Below are positions 39,320 through 51,800 of a DNA stretch of 64,000 nt, in pieces. The DNA is taken from the NCBI GenBank assembly GCA_964016885.1, contig OZ024742.1, positions 342,860,001 through 342,924,000 of the forward strand, read 5' to 3'. Position numbers and translations under genes: made by a program. Under the pieces are notes generated by a model. It had not been told where the DNA came from. It worked only from the letters and a program-made list of their open reading frames with translations, and did no database searches. This DNA is from Eledone cirrhosa. Its lineage: Eukaryota. Numbering within the stretch: the first letter of the stretch is position 1; every line of letters starts with the position of its first letter.

Positions 39320-40690
39320 GAAGTATGTGATCTACAGTGGTATGAAGTATGTGATCTCCAGTGGTATGAAGTATGTGATCTCCAGTGGTATGAAGTATGT
39401 CAGCTCCAGTGGTATGAAGTATGTGATATCCTGTGGTATGAAGTATGTGATCTACAGTGGTATGAAGTATGTGATCTACAGTGGTATGAAGTATGTGATA
39501 TCCTGTGGTATGAAGTATGTGATCTCCAGTGGTATGAAGTATGTGATCTCCAGTGGTATGAAGTATGTGATCTACAGTGGTATGAAGTATGTGATCTCCA
39601 GTGGTATGAAGTATGTGATATCCTGTGGTATGAAGTATGTGATCTATAGTGGTATGAAGTATGTGATCTCCAGTGGTATGAAGTATGTGATATCCTGTGG
39701 TATGAAGTATGTGATCTCCAGTGGTTTGATGTATGTGATCTCCAGTGGTATGAAGTATGTGATATCCTGTGGTATGAAGTATGTGATCTCCAGTGGTATG
39801 AAGTATGTGATCTATAGTGGTATGAAGTATGTGATCTCCAGTGGTACGAAGTATGTGATCTCCAGTGGTATGAAGTATGTGATCTCCAGTGGTATGAAGT
39901 ATCTCAGCTCCGGTGGTATGAAGTATGTGATCTCCAGTGGTATAAAGTATGTGATCTCCAGTGGTATGAGGTATGTGATCTACAGTGGTATGAAGTATGT
40001 GATCTACAGTGGTATGAAGTATGTGATCTCCAGTGGTATGAAGTATGTGATCTCCAGTGGTATGAAGTATGTCAGCTCCAGTGGTATGAAGTATGTGATA
40101 TCCTGTGGTATGAAGTATGTGATCTACAGTGGTATGAAGTATGTGATCTACAGTGGTATGAAGTATGTGATATCCTGTGGTATGAAGTATGTGATCTCCA
40201 GTGGTATGAAGTATGTGATCTCCAGTGGTATGAAGTATGTGATCTACAGTGGTATGAAGTATGTGATCTCCAGTGGTATGAAGTATGTGATATCCTGTGG
40301 TATGAAGTATGCGATCTATAGTGGTATGAAGTATGTGATCTCCAGTGGTATGAAGTATGTGATATCCTGTGGTATGAAGTATGTGATCTCCAGTGGTTTG
40401 ATGTATGTGATCTCCAGTGGTATGAAGTATGTGATATCCTGTGGTATGAAGTATGTGATCTCCAGTGGTATGAAGTATGTGATCTATAGTGGTATGAAGT
40501 ATGTGATCTCCAGTGGTACGAAGTATGTGATCTCCAGTGGTATGAAGTATGTGATCTCCAGTGGTATGAAGTATCTCAGCTCCGGTGGTATGAAGTATGT
40601 GATCTCCAGTGGTATAAAGTATGTGATCTCCAGTGGTATGAGGTATGTGATCTACAGTGGTATGAAGTATGTGATCTACAGTGGTATGAA
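39320..40690 (+). repeat. 672-bp (28-monomer) tandem dimer
   Basis: GGTTTGATGT at 39723 and 40395. CTCAGCTCCGGT, GGTACGAAG, GGTATAAAG and ATGAGGTAT recur at the same offset. Confidence 0.88.
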
Positions 40691-40959
40691 GTATGTGATC
40701 TCCTGTGGTATGAAATATGTCAGCTCCAGTGGTATGAAATATGTGATCTACAGTGGTATGAAGTATGTGATCTCCAGTGGTATGAAGTATGTGATCTCCA
40801 GTGGTATGAAGTATGTGATCTCCAGTGGTATGAAGTATGTGATATCCTGTGGTATGAAGTATGTCAGATCCAGTGGTATGAAGTATGTGATCTCCAGTGG
40901 TATGAAATATGTGATCTACAGTGGTATGAAGTATGTGATCTACAGTGGTATGAAGTATG

Positions 40960-43900
40960 TGATCTACAGTGGTATGAAGTATGTCAGCTCCAGTGGTATG
41001 AAGTATGTGATCTCCAGTGGTATGAAGTATGTGATCTCCTGTGGTATGAAGTATGTGATCTACAGTGGTATGAAGTATGTGATCTACAGTGGTATGAAGT
41101 ATGTGATCTACAGTGGTATGAAGTATGTGATCTACAGTGGTATGAAGTATGTGATCTACAGTGGTATGAAGTATGTCAGCTCCAGTGGTATGAAGTATGT
41201 GATCTACAGTGGTATGAAGTATGTCAGCTCCAGTGGTATGAAGTATGTGATCTCCAGTGGTATGAAGTATGTGATCTTCAGTGGTATGAAGTATGTGATC
41301 TCCATTGGTATGAAGTATGTGATCTACAGTGGTATGAAGTATGTGATCTACAGTGGTATGAAGTATGTGATCTCCAGTGGTATGAAGTATGTGATCTACA
41401 GTGGTATGAAGTATGTGATCTACAGTGGTATGAAGTATGTCAGCTCCAGTGGTATGAAGTATGTGATCTACAGTGGTATGAAGTATGTGATCTACAGTGG
41501 TATGAATTATGTTATCTACAGTGGTATGAAGTATGTCAGCTCCAGTGGTATGAAGTATGTGATCTACAGTGGTATGATGTATGTGATCTACAGTGGTATG
41601 AAGTATGTCAGCTCCAGTGGTATGAAGTATGTGATCTACAGTGGTATGAAGTAAGTGATCTACAGTAGTATGAATATGTGATCTACAGTGGTATGAAGTA
41701 TGTGATCTCCAGTAGTATGAAGTATGTGATCTACAGTGGTATGAAGTATGTGATCTACAGTGGTATGAAGTATGAGATCTCCAGTGGTATGAAGCATGTC
41801 ATATCCTGTGGTATGAAGTATGTGATCTCCAGTGGTATGAAGTATGTCAGCTCCAGTGGTATGAAGTATGTCAGCTCCAGTGGTATGAAGTATGTGATCT
41901 CCAGTGGTATGAAATATGTGATCTACAGTGGTATGAAGTATGTTAGCTCCAGTGGTATGAAGTATGTGATCTACAGTGGTATGAAGTATGTCAGCTCCAG
42001 TGGTATGAAGTATGTGATCTCCAGTGGTATGAAGTATGTGATCTCCTGTGGTATGAAGTATGTGATCTACAGTGGTATGAAGTATGTGATCTACAGTGGT
42101 ATGAAGTATGTGATCTACAGTGGTATGAAGTATGTGATCTACAGTGGTATGAAGTATGTGATCTACAGTGGTATGAATTATGTTATCTACAGTGGTATGA
42201 AGTATGTCAGCTCCAGTGGTATGAAGTATGTGATCTACAGTGGTATGATGTATGTGATCTACAGTGGTATGAAGTATGTCAGCTCCAGTGGTATGAAGTA
42301 TGTGATCTACAGTGGTATGAAGTAAGTGATCTACAGTAGTATGAATATGTGATCTACAGTGGTATGAAGTATGTGATCTCCAGTAGTATGAAGTATGTGA
42401 TCTACAGTGGTATGAAGTATGTGATCTACAGTGGTATGAAGTATGAGATCTACAGTGGTATGAAGTATGTGATCTACAGTGGTATGAAGTATGTGATCTA
42501 CAGTGGTATGCAGTATGTGATCTACAGTGGTATGAAGTATGTGATCTACAGTGGTATGAAGTATGTCAGCTCCAGTGGTATGAAGTATGTGATCTACAGT
42601 GGTATGAAGTATGTGATCTACAGTGGTATGAAGTATGTGATATCCTGTGGTATGAAGTATGTGATCTCCAGTGGTATGAAGTATGTGATCTACAGTGGTA
42701 TGAAGTATGTCAGCTCCAGTGGTATGAAGTATGTGATCTCCAGTGGTATGAAGTATGTGATCTCCAGTGGTATGAAGTATGTCAGCTCCAGTGGTATGAA
42801 GTATGTGATCTCCAGTGGTATGAAGTATGTGATCTCCAGTGGTATGAAGTATGTCAGCTCCAGTGGTATGAAGTATGTGATCTCCAGTGGTATGAAGTAT
42901 GTCAGCTCCAGTGGTATGAAGTATGTGATCTCCAGTGGTATGAAGTATGTGATCTGCTGTGGTATGAAGTATGTGATCTCCAGTGGTATGAAGTATGTGA
43001 TCTCCAGTGGTATGAAGTATATGATCTACAGTGGTATGAAGTATGTGATATCCTGTGGTATGAAGTATGTGATCTACAGTGGTATGAAGTATGTGATCTC
43101 CAGTGGTATGAAGTATGTGATCTACAGGTGTATGAAGTATGTGATCTCCAGTGGTATGAAGTATGTGATTACCTGTGGTATGTAGTATGTGATCTCCAGT
43201 GGTATGAAGTATGTGATAACCTGTGGTATGAAGAATGTGATATCCTGTGGTATGAAGTATGTGATCTACAGTGCTATGAAGTATGTGATCTCCAGTGGTA
43301 TGAAGTATGTGATATCCTGTGGTATGAAGTATGTGATATCCAGTGGTATGAAGTATGTGATCTACATTGGTATGAAGTATGTGATCTACAGTGGTATGAA
43401 GTATGTGATCTCCAGTGGTATGAAGTATGTGATATCCTGTGGTATGAAGTATGTGATCTCCAGTGGCATGAAGTATGTGATCTACAGTGGTATGAAGTAT
43501 GTAATCTCCAGTGGTATGAAGTATGTGATCTCCAGTGGTATGAAGTATGTGATCTCCAGTGGTATGAAGTATGTGATCTACAGTGGTATGAAGTATGTAA
43601 TCTCCAGTGGTATGAAGTATGTGATCTACAGTGGTATGAAGTATGTGATCTACAGTGGTATGAAGTATGTGATCTACAGTGGTATGAAGTATGTGATCTC
43701 CAGTGGTATGAAGTATGTAATCTACAGTGGTATGAAGTATGTGATCTCCAGTGGTATGAAGTATGTCAGCTCCAGTGGTATGAAGTATGTGATCTCCAGT
43801 GGTATGAAGTATGTGATCTCCAGTGGTATGAAGTATGTGATCTCCACTGGTATGAAATATGGGATCTACAGTGGTATGAAGTATGTGATCTCCAGTGGTA

Positions 43901-44160
43901 TGAAGTATGTGATCTCCAGTGGCATGAAGTATGTGATCTACAGTGGTATGAAGTATGTAATCTCCAGTGGTATGAAGTATGTGATCTCCAGTGGTATGAA
44001 GTATGTGATCTCCAGTGGTATGAAGTATGTGATCTACAGTGGTATGAAGTATGTAATCTCCAGTGGTATGAAGTATGTGATCTACAGTGGTATGAAGTAT
44101 GTGATCTACAGTGGTATGAAGTATGTGATCTACAGTGGTATGAAGTATGTGATCTCCAGT
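40960..44160 (+). repeat. Third, partial copy of the 6,788-bp unit
   Basis: ORF 42349..43185 matches 36568..37404 and 29780..30616 (all 278 aa). Shared variants include GATTACCTGTGGTATGTAG, GAAGAATGTG and AAATATGGGATC. Confidence 0.85.
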
Positions 44161-46970
44161 GGTATGAAGTATGTCAGCTCCAGTGGTATGAAGTATGTGA
44201 TATCCTGTGGTATGAAGTATGTGATCTACAGTGGTATGAAGTATGTGATCTACAGTGGTATGAAGTATGTGATATCCTGTGGTATGAAGTATGTGATCTC
44301 CAGTGGTATGAAGTATGTGATCTCCAGTGGTATGAAGTATGTGATCTACAGTGGTATGAAGTATGTGATCTCCAGTGGTATGAAGTATGTGATATCCTGT
44401 GGTATGAAGTATGTGATCTATAGTGGTATGAAGTATGTGATCTCCAGTGGTATGAAGTATGTGATATCCTGTGGTATGAAGTATGTGATCTCCAGTGGTT
44501 TGATGTATGTGATCTCCAGTGGTATGAAGTATGTGATATCCTGTGGTATGAAGTATGTGATCTCCAGTGGTATGAAGTATGTGATCTATAGTGGTATGAA
44601 GTATGTGATCTCCAGTGGTACGAAGTATGTGATCTCCAGTGGTATGAAGTATGTGATCTCCAGTGGTATGAAGTATCTCAGCTCCGGTGGTATGAAGTAT
44701 GTGATCTCCAGTGGTATAAAGTATGTGATCTCCAGTGGTATGAGGTATGTGATCTACAGTGGTATGAAGTATGTGATCTACAGTGGTATGAAGTATGTGA
44801 TCTCCAGTGGTATGAAGTATGTGATCTCCAGTGGTATGAAGTATGTCAGCTCCAGTGGTATGAAGTATGTGATATCCTGTGGTATGAAGTATGTGATCTA
44901 CAGTGGTATGAAGTATGTGATCTACAGTGGTATGAAGTATGTGATATCCTGTGGTATGAAGTATGTGATCTCCAGTGGTATGAAGTATGTGATCTCCAGT
45001 GGTATGAAGTATGTGATCTACAGTGGTATGAAGTATGTGATCTCCAGTGGTATGAAGTATGTGATATCCTGTGGTATGAAGTATGTGATCTATAGTGGTA
45101 TGAAGTATGTGATCTCCAGTGGTATGAAGTATGTGATATCCTGTGGTATGAAGTATGTGATCTCCAGTGGTTTGATGTATGTGATCTCCAGTGGTATGAA
45201 GTATGTGATATCCTGTGGTATGAAGTATGTGATCTCCAGTGGTATGAAGTATGTGATCTATAGTGGTATGAAGTATGTGATCTCCAGTGGTACGAAGTAT
45301 GTGATCTCCAGTGGTATGAAGTATGTGATCTCCAGTGGTATGAAGTATCTCAGCTCCGGTGGTATGAAGTATGTGATCTCCAGTGGTATAAAGTATGTGA
45401 TCTCCAGTGGTATGAGGTATGTGATCTACAGTGGTATGAAGTATGTGATCTACAGTGGTATGAAGTATGTGATCTCCTGTGGTATGAAATATGTCAGCTC
45501 CAGTGGTATGAAATATGTGATCTACAGTGGTATGAAGTATGTGATCTCCAGTGGTATGAAGTATGTGATCTCCAGTGGTATGAAGTATGTGATCTCCAGT
45601 GGTATGAAGTATGTGATATCCTGTGGTATGAAGTATGTCAGATCCAGTGGTATGAAGTATGTGATCTCCAGTGGTATGAAATATGTGATCTACAGTGGTA
45701 TGAAGTATGTGATCTACAGTGGTATGAAGTATGTGATCTACAGTGGTATGAAGTATGTGATCTCCTGTGGTATGAAATATGTCAGCTCCAGTGGTATGAA
45801 GTATGTGATCTCCAGTGGTATGAAGTATGTGATCTCCAGTGTTATGAAGTATGTAATCTACAGTGGTATGAAGTATGTGATCTCCAGTGGTATGAAGTAT
45901 GTGATCTCCTGTGGTATGAAATATGTCAGCTCCAGTGGTATGAAGTATGTGATCTCCAGTGGTATGAAGTATGTGATCTCCAGTGGTATGAAATATGTGA
46001 TCTACAGTGGTATGAAGTATGTGATCTCCAGTGGTATGAAGTATGTGATCTCCAGTGGTATGAAGTATGTGATCTCCAGTGGTATGAAGTATGTGATCTC
46101 CAGTGGTATGAAGTATGTGATATCCTGTGGTATGAAGTATGTGATCTCCAGTGGTATGAAGTATGTCAGCTCCAGTGGTATGAAGTATGTGATCTACAGT
46201 GGTATGAAGTATGTTAGCTCCAGTGGTATGAAGTATGTGATCTACAGTGGTATGAAGTATGTCAGCTCCAGTGGTATGAAGTATGTGATCTCCAGTGGTA
46301 TGAAGTATGTGATCTACAGTGGTATGAAGTATGTGATATCCAGTGGTATGAAGTATGTGATCTCCAGTGGTATGAAGTATGTCAGCTCCAGTGGTATGAA
46401 GTATGTGATATCCTGTGGTATGAAGTATGTGATCTACAGTGGTATGAAGTATGTGATCTACAGTGGTATGAAGTATGTGATATCCTGTGGTATGAAGTAT
46501 GTGATCTCCAGTGGTATGAAGTATGTGATCTCCAGTGGTATGAAGTATGTGATCTACAGTGGTATGAAGTATGTGATCTCCAGTGGTATGAAGTATGTGA
46601 TATCCTGTGGTATGAAGTATGTGATCTATAGTGGTATGAAGTATGTGATCTCCAGTGGTATGAAGTATGTGATATCCTGTGGTATGAAGTATGTGATCTC
46701 CAGTGGTTTGATGTATGTGATCTCCAGTGGTATGAAGTATGTGATATCCTGTGGTATGAAGTATGTGATCTCCAGTGGTATGAAGTATGTGATCTATAGT
46801 GGTATGAAGTATGTGATCTCCAGTGGTACGAAGTATGTGATCTCCAGTGGTATGAAGTATGTGATCTCCAGTGGTATGAAGTATCTCAGCTCCGGTGGTA
46901 TGAAGTATGTGATCTCCAGTGGTATAAAGTATGTGATCTCCAGTGGTATGAGGTATGTCAGCTCCAGTGG
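44150..46970 (+). repeat. Second 672-bp dimer plus a third copy 1,536 bp (64 monomers) downstream
   Basis: GGTTTGATGT at 44497, 45169 and 46705, each with the same linked variants as the 39.7 and 40.4 kb copies. Confidence 0.87.
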
Positions 46971-48829
46971 TATGAAGTATGTGATATCCTGTGGTATGAA
47001 GTATGTGATCTACAGTGGTATGAAGTATGTGATCTCCAGTGGTATGAAGTATGTGATCTACAGTGGTATGAAGTATGTCAGCTCCAGTGGTATGAAGTAT
47101 GTGATCTCCAGTGGTCTGAAGTATGTGATCTCCAGTGGTATGAAGTATGTCAACTCCAGTGGTATGAAATATGTGATCTCCAGTGGTATGAAGTATGTGA
47201 TCTCCAGTGGTATGAAGTATGTCAGCTCCAGTGGTATGAAGTATGTGATCTCCAGTGGTATGAAGTATGTCAGCTCCAGTGGTATGAAGTATGTGATCTC
47301 CAGTGGTATGAAGTATGTGATCTCCTGTGGTATGAAGTATGTGATCTCCAGTGGTATGAAGTATGTGATCTCCAGTGGTATGAAGTATATGATCTACAGT
47401 GGTATGAAGTATGTGATATCCTGTGGTATGAAGTATGTGATCTACAGTGGTATGAAGTATGTGATCTCCAGTGGTATGAAGTATGTGATCTACAGTGGTA
47501 TGAAGTATGTGATCTCCAGTGGTATGAAGTATGTGATAACCTGTGGTATGAAGTATGTGATATCCTGTGGTATGAAGTATGTGATCTACAGTGGTATGAA
47601 GTATGTGATCTCCAGTGGTATGAAGTATGTGATAACCTGTGGTATGAAGTATGTGATATCCTGTGGTATGAAGTATGTGATCTACAGTGGTATGAAGTAT
47701 GTGATCTCCAGTGGTATGAAGTATGTGATATCCTGTGGTATGAAGTATGTGATATCCAGTGGTATGAAGTATGTGATCTACAGTGGTATGAAGTATGTGA
47801 TCTACAGTGGTATGAAGTATGTGATCTCCAGTGGTATGAAGTATGTGATCTCCAGTGGTATGAAGTATGTGATATCCTGTGGTATGAAGTATGTGATCTC
47901 CAGTGGTATGAAGTATGTGATCTACAGTGGTATGAAGTATGTAATCTCCAGTGGTATGAAGTATGTGATCTCCAGTGGTATGAAGTATGTGATCTCCAGT
48001 GGTATGAAGTATGTGATCTACAGTGGTATGAAGTATGTAATCTCCAGTGGTATGAAGTATGTGATCTACAGTGGTATGAAGTATGTGATCTACAGTGGTA
48101 TGAAGTATGTGATCTCCAGTGGTATGAAGTATGTAATCTACAGTGGTATGAAGTATGTGATCTCCAGTGGTATGAAGTATGTGATCTCCTGTGGTATGAA
48201 ATATGTCAGCTCCAGTGGTATGAAGTATGGGATCTCCAGTGGTATGAAGTATGTGATCACCACTGGTATGAAATATGTGATCTACAGTGGTATGAAGTAT
48301 GTGATCTCCAGTGGTATGAAGTATGTGATCTCCAGTGGTATGAAGTATGTGATCTCCAGTGGTATGAAGTATGTGATATCCTGTGGTATGAAGTATGTGA
48401 TCTCCAGTGGTATGAAGTATGTCAGCTCCAGTGGTATGAAGTATGTGATCTCCAGTGGTATGAAATGTGTGATCTACAGTGGTATGAAGTTTGTTAGCTC
48501 CAGTGGTATGAAGTATGTGATCTACAGTGGTATGAAGTATGTCATCTCCAGTGGTATGAAGTATGTTATCTCCAGTGGTATGAAGTATGTGATCTCCTGT
48601 GGTATGAAGTATGTGATCTACAGTGGTATGAAGTATGTGATCTACAGTGGTATGAAGTATGTGATCTACAGTGGTATGAAGTATGTGATCTACAGTGGTA
48701 TGAAGTATGTGATCTACAGTGGTATGAAGTATGTGATCTCCTGTGGTATGAAGTATGTGATCTACAGTGGTATGAAGTATGTGATCTACAGTGGTATGAA
48801 GTATGTGATCTACAGTGGTGTGAAGTATG

Positions 48830-51800
48830 TGATCTACAGTGGTATGAAGTATGTGATCTACAGTGGTATGAAGTATGTGATCTACAGTGGTATGAAGTAT
48901 GTGATCTCCAGTGGTATGAAGTATGTGATCTCCAGTGGTATGAAATTTGTGATCTACAGTGGTATGAAGTATGTGATCTCCAGTGGTATGAAGTATGTCA
49001 TATCCTGTGGTATGAAGTATGTGATCTCCAGTGGTATGAAGTATGTCAGCTCCAGTGGTATGAAGTATGTGATCTCCAGTGGTATGAAGTATGTGATCTC
49101 CAGTGGTATGAAATATGTGATCTACAGTGGTATGAAGTATGTTAGCTCCAGTGGTATGAAGTATGTGATCTACAGTGGTATGAAGTATGTCAGCTCCAGT
49201 GGTATGAAGTATGTGATCTCCAGTGGTATGAAGTATGTGATCTCCTGTGGTATGAAGTATGTGATCTACAGTGGTATGAAGTATGTGATCTACAGTGGTA
49301 TGAAGTATGTGATCTACAGTGGTATGAAGTATGTGATCTACAGTGGTATGAAGTATGTGATCTACAGTGGTATGAAGTATGTCAGCTCCAGTGGTATGAA
49401 GTATGTGATCTACAGTGGTATGAAGTATGTCAGCTCCAGTGGTATGAAGTATGTGATCTCCAGTGGTATGAAGTATGTGATCTTCAGTGCTATGAAGTAT
49501 GTGATCTCCATTGGTATGAAGTATGTGATCTACAGTGGTATGAAGTATGTGATCTACAGTGGTATGAAGTATGTGATCTCCAGTGGTATGAAGTATGTGA
49601 TCTACAGTGGTATGAAGTATGTGATCTACAGTGGTATGAAGTATGTCAGCTCCAGTGGTATGAAGTATGTGATCTACAGTGGTATGAAGTATGTGATCTA
49701 CAGTGGTATGAATTATGTTATCTACAGTGGTATGAAGTATGTCAGCTCCAGTGGTATGAAGTATGTGATCTACAGTGGTATGAAGTATGTGATCTACAGT
49801 GGTATGAAGTATGTCAGCTCCAGTGGTATGAAGTATGTGATCTACAGTGGTATGAAGTATGTGATCTACAGTGGTATGAATATGTGATCTACAGTGGTAT
49901 GAAGTATGTGATCTCCAGTAGTATGAAGTATGTGATCTACAGTGGTATGAAGTATGTGATCTACAGTGGTATGAAGTATGTGATCTACAGTGGTATGAAG
50001 TATGTGATCTACAGTGGTATGAAGTATGTGATCTACAGTGGTATGCAGTATGTGATCTACAGTGGTATGAAGTATGTGATCTACAGTGGTATGAAGTATG
50101 TGATCTACAGTGGTATGAAGTATGTCAGCTCCAGTGGTATGAAGTATGTGATCTACATTGGTATGAAGTATGTGATCTACAGTGGTATGAAGTATGTGAT
50201 ATCCTGTGGTATGAAGTATGTGATCTCCTGTGGTATGAAGTATGTGATATCCTGTGGTATGAAGTATGTGATATCCAGTGGTATGAAGTATGTGATATCC
50301 AGTGGTATGAAGTATGTGATATCCTGTGGTATGAAGTATGTGATCTACAGTGGTATGAAGTATGTGATCTCCAGTGGTATGAAGTATGTGATAACCTGTG
50401 GTATGAAGTATGTGATATCCAGTGGTATGAAGTATGTCATATCCTGTGGTATGAAGTATGTGATCTACAGTGGTATGAAGTATGTGATATCCTGTGGTAT
50501 GAAGTATGTGATATCCAGTGGTATGAAGTATGTGATCTACAGTGGTATGAAGTATGTGATCTACAGTGGTATGAAGTATGTGATCTCCAGTGGTATGAAG
50601 TATGTGATCTCCAGTGGTATGAAGTATGTGATATCCTGTGTTATGAAGTATGTGATCTCCAGTGGTATGAAGTATGTGAACTACAGTGGTATGAAGTATG
50701 TAATCTCCAGTGGTATGAAGTATGTGATCTCCAGTGGTATGAAGTATGTGATCTCCAGTGGTATGAAGTATGTGATCTACAGTGGTATGAAGTATGTCAG
50801 CTCCAGTGGTATGAAGTATGTGATCTACAGTGGTATGAAGTATGTGATCTACAGTGGTATGAAGTATGTGATCTACAGTGGTATGAAGTATGTGATCTCC
50901 AGTGGTATGAAGTATGTAATCTACAGTGGTATGAAGTATGTGATCTCCAGTGGTATGAAGTATGTGATCTCCTGTGGTATGAAATATGTCAGCTCCAGTG
51001 GTATGAAGTATGTGATCTCCAGTGGTATGAAGTATGTGATCTCCACTGGTATGAAATATGTGATCTACAGTGGTATGAAGTATGTGATCTCCAGTGGTAT
51101 GAAGTATGTGATCTCCAGTGGTATGAAGTATGTGATCTCTAGTGGTATGAAGTATGTGATCTCCAGTGGTATGAAGTATGTGATATCCTGTGGTATGAAG
51201 TATGTGATATCCTGTGGTATGAAGTATGTGATCTCCAGTGGTATGAAGTATGTCAGCTCCAGTGGTATGAAGTATGTGATCTCCAGTGGTATGAAATATG
51301 TGATCTACAGTGGTATGAAGTATGTTAGCTCCAGTGGTATGAAGTATGTGATCTACAGTGGTATGAAGTATGTCAGCTCCAGTGGTATGAAGTATGTGAT
51401 CTCCAGTGGTATGAAGTATGTGATCTCCTGTGGTATGAAGTATGTGATCTACAGTGGTATGAAGTATGTGATCTACAGTGGTATGAAGTATGTGATCTAC
51501 AGTGGTATGAAGTATGTGATCTACAGTGGTATGAAGTATGTGATCTACAGTGGTATGAAGTATGTCAGCTCCAGTGGTATGAAGTATATGATCTACAGTG
51601 GTATGAAGTATGTGATCTAAAGTGGTATGAAGTATGTGATATACAGTGGTATGAAGTATGTCAGCTCCAGTGGTATGAAGTATGTGATCTACAGTGGTAT
51701 GAAGTATGTAATCTACAGTGGTATGAAGTATGTGATCTCCAGTGGTATGAAGTATGTGATCTCCTGTCGTATGAAATATGTCAGCTCCAGTGGTATGAAG

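Noticed and set aside
106-44423. (YEVCDLQW)n ORFs suggesting a Cys/Trp repeat or metal-binding protein
   Set aside because: They are an alternative frame of the same repeat, broken regularly by TAG/TAA variants, and most starts are incidental GTG/TTG codons.
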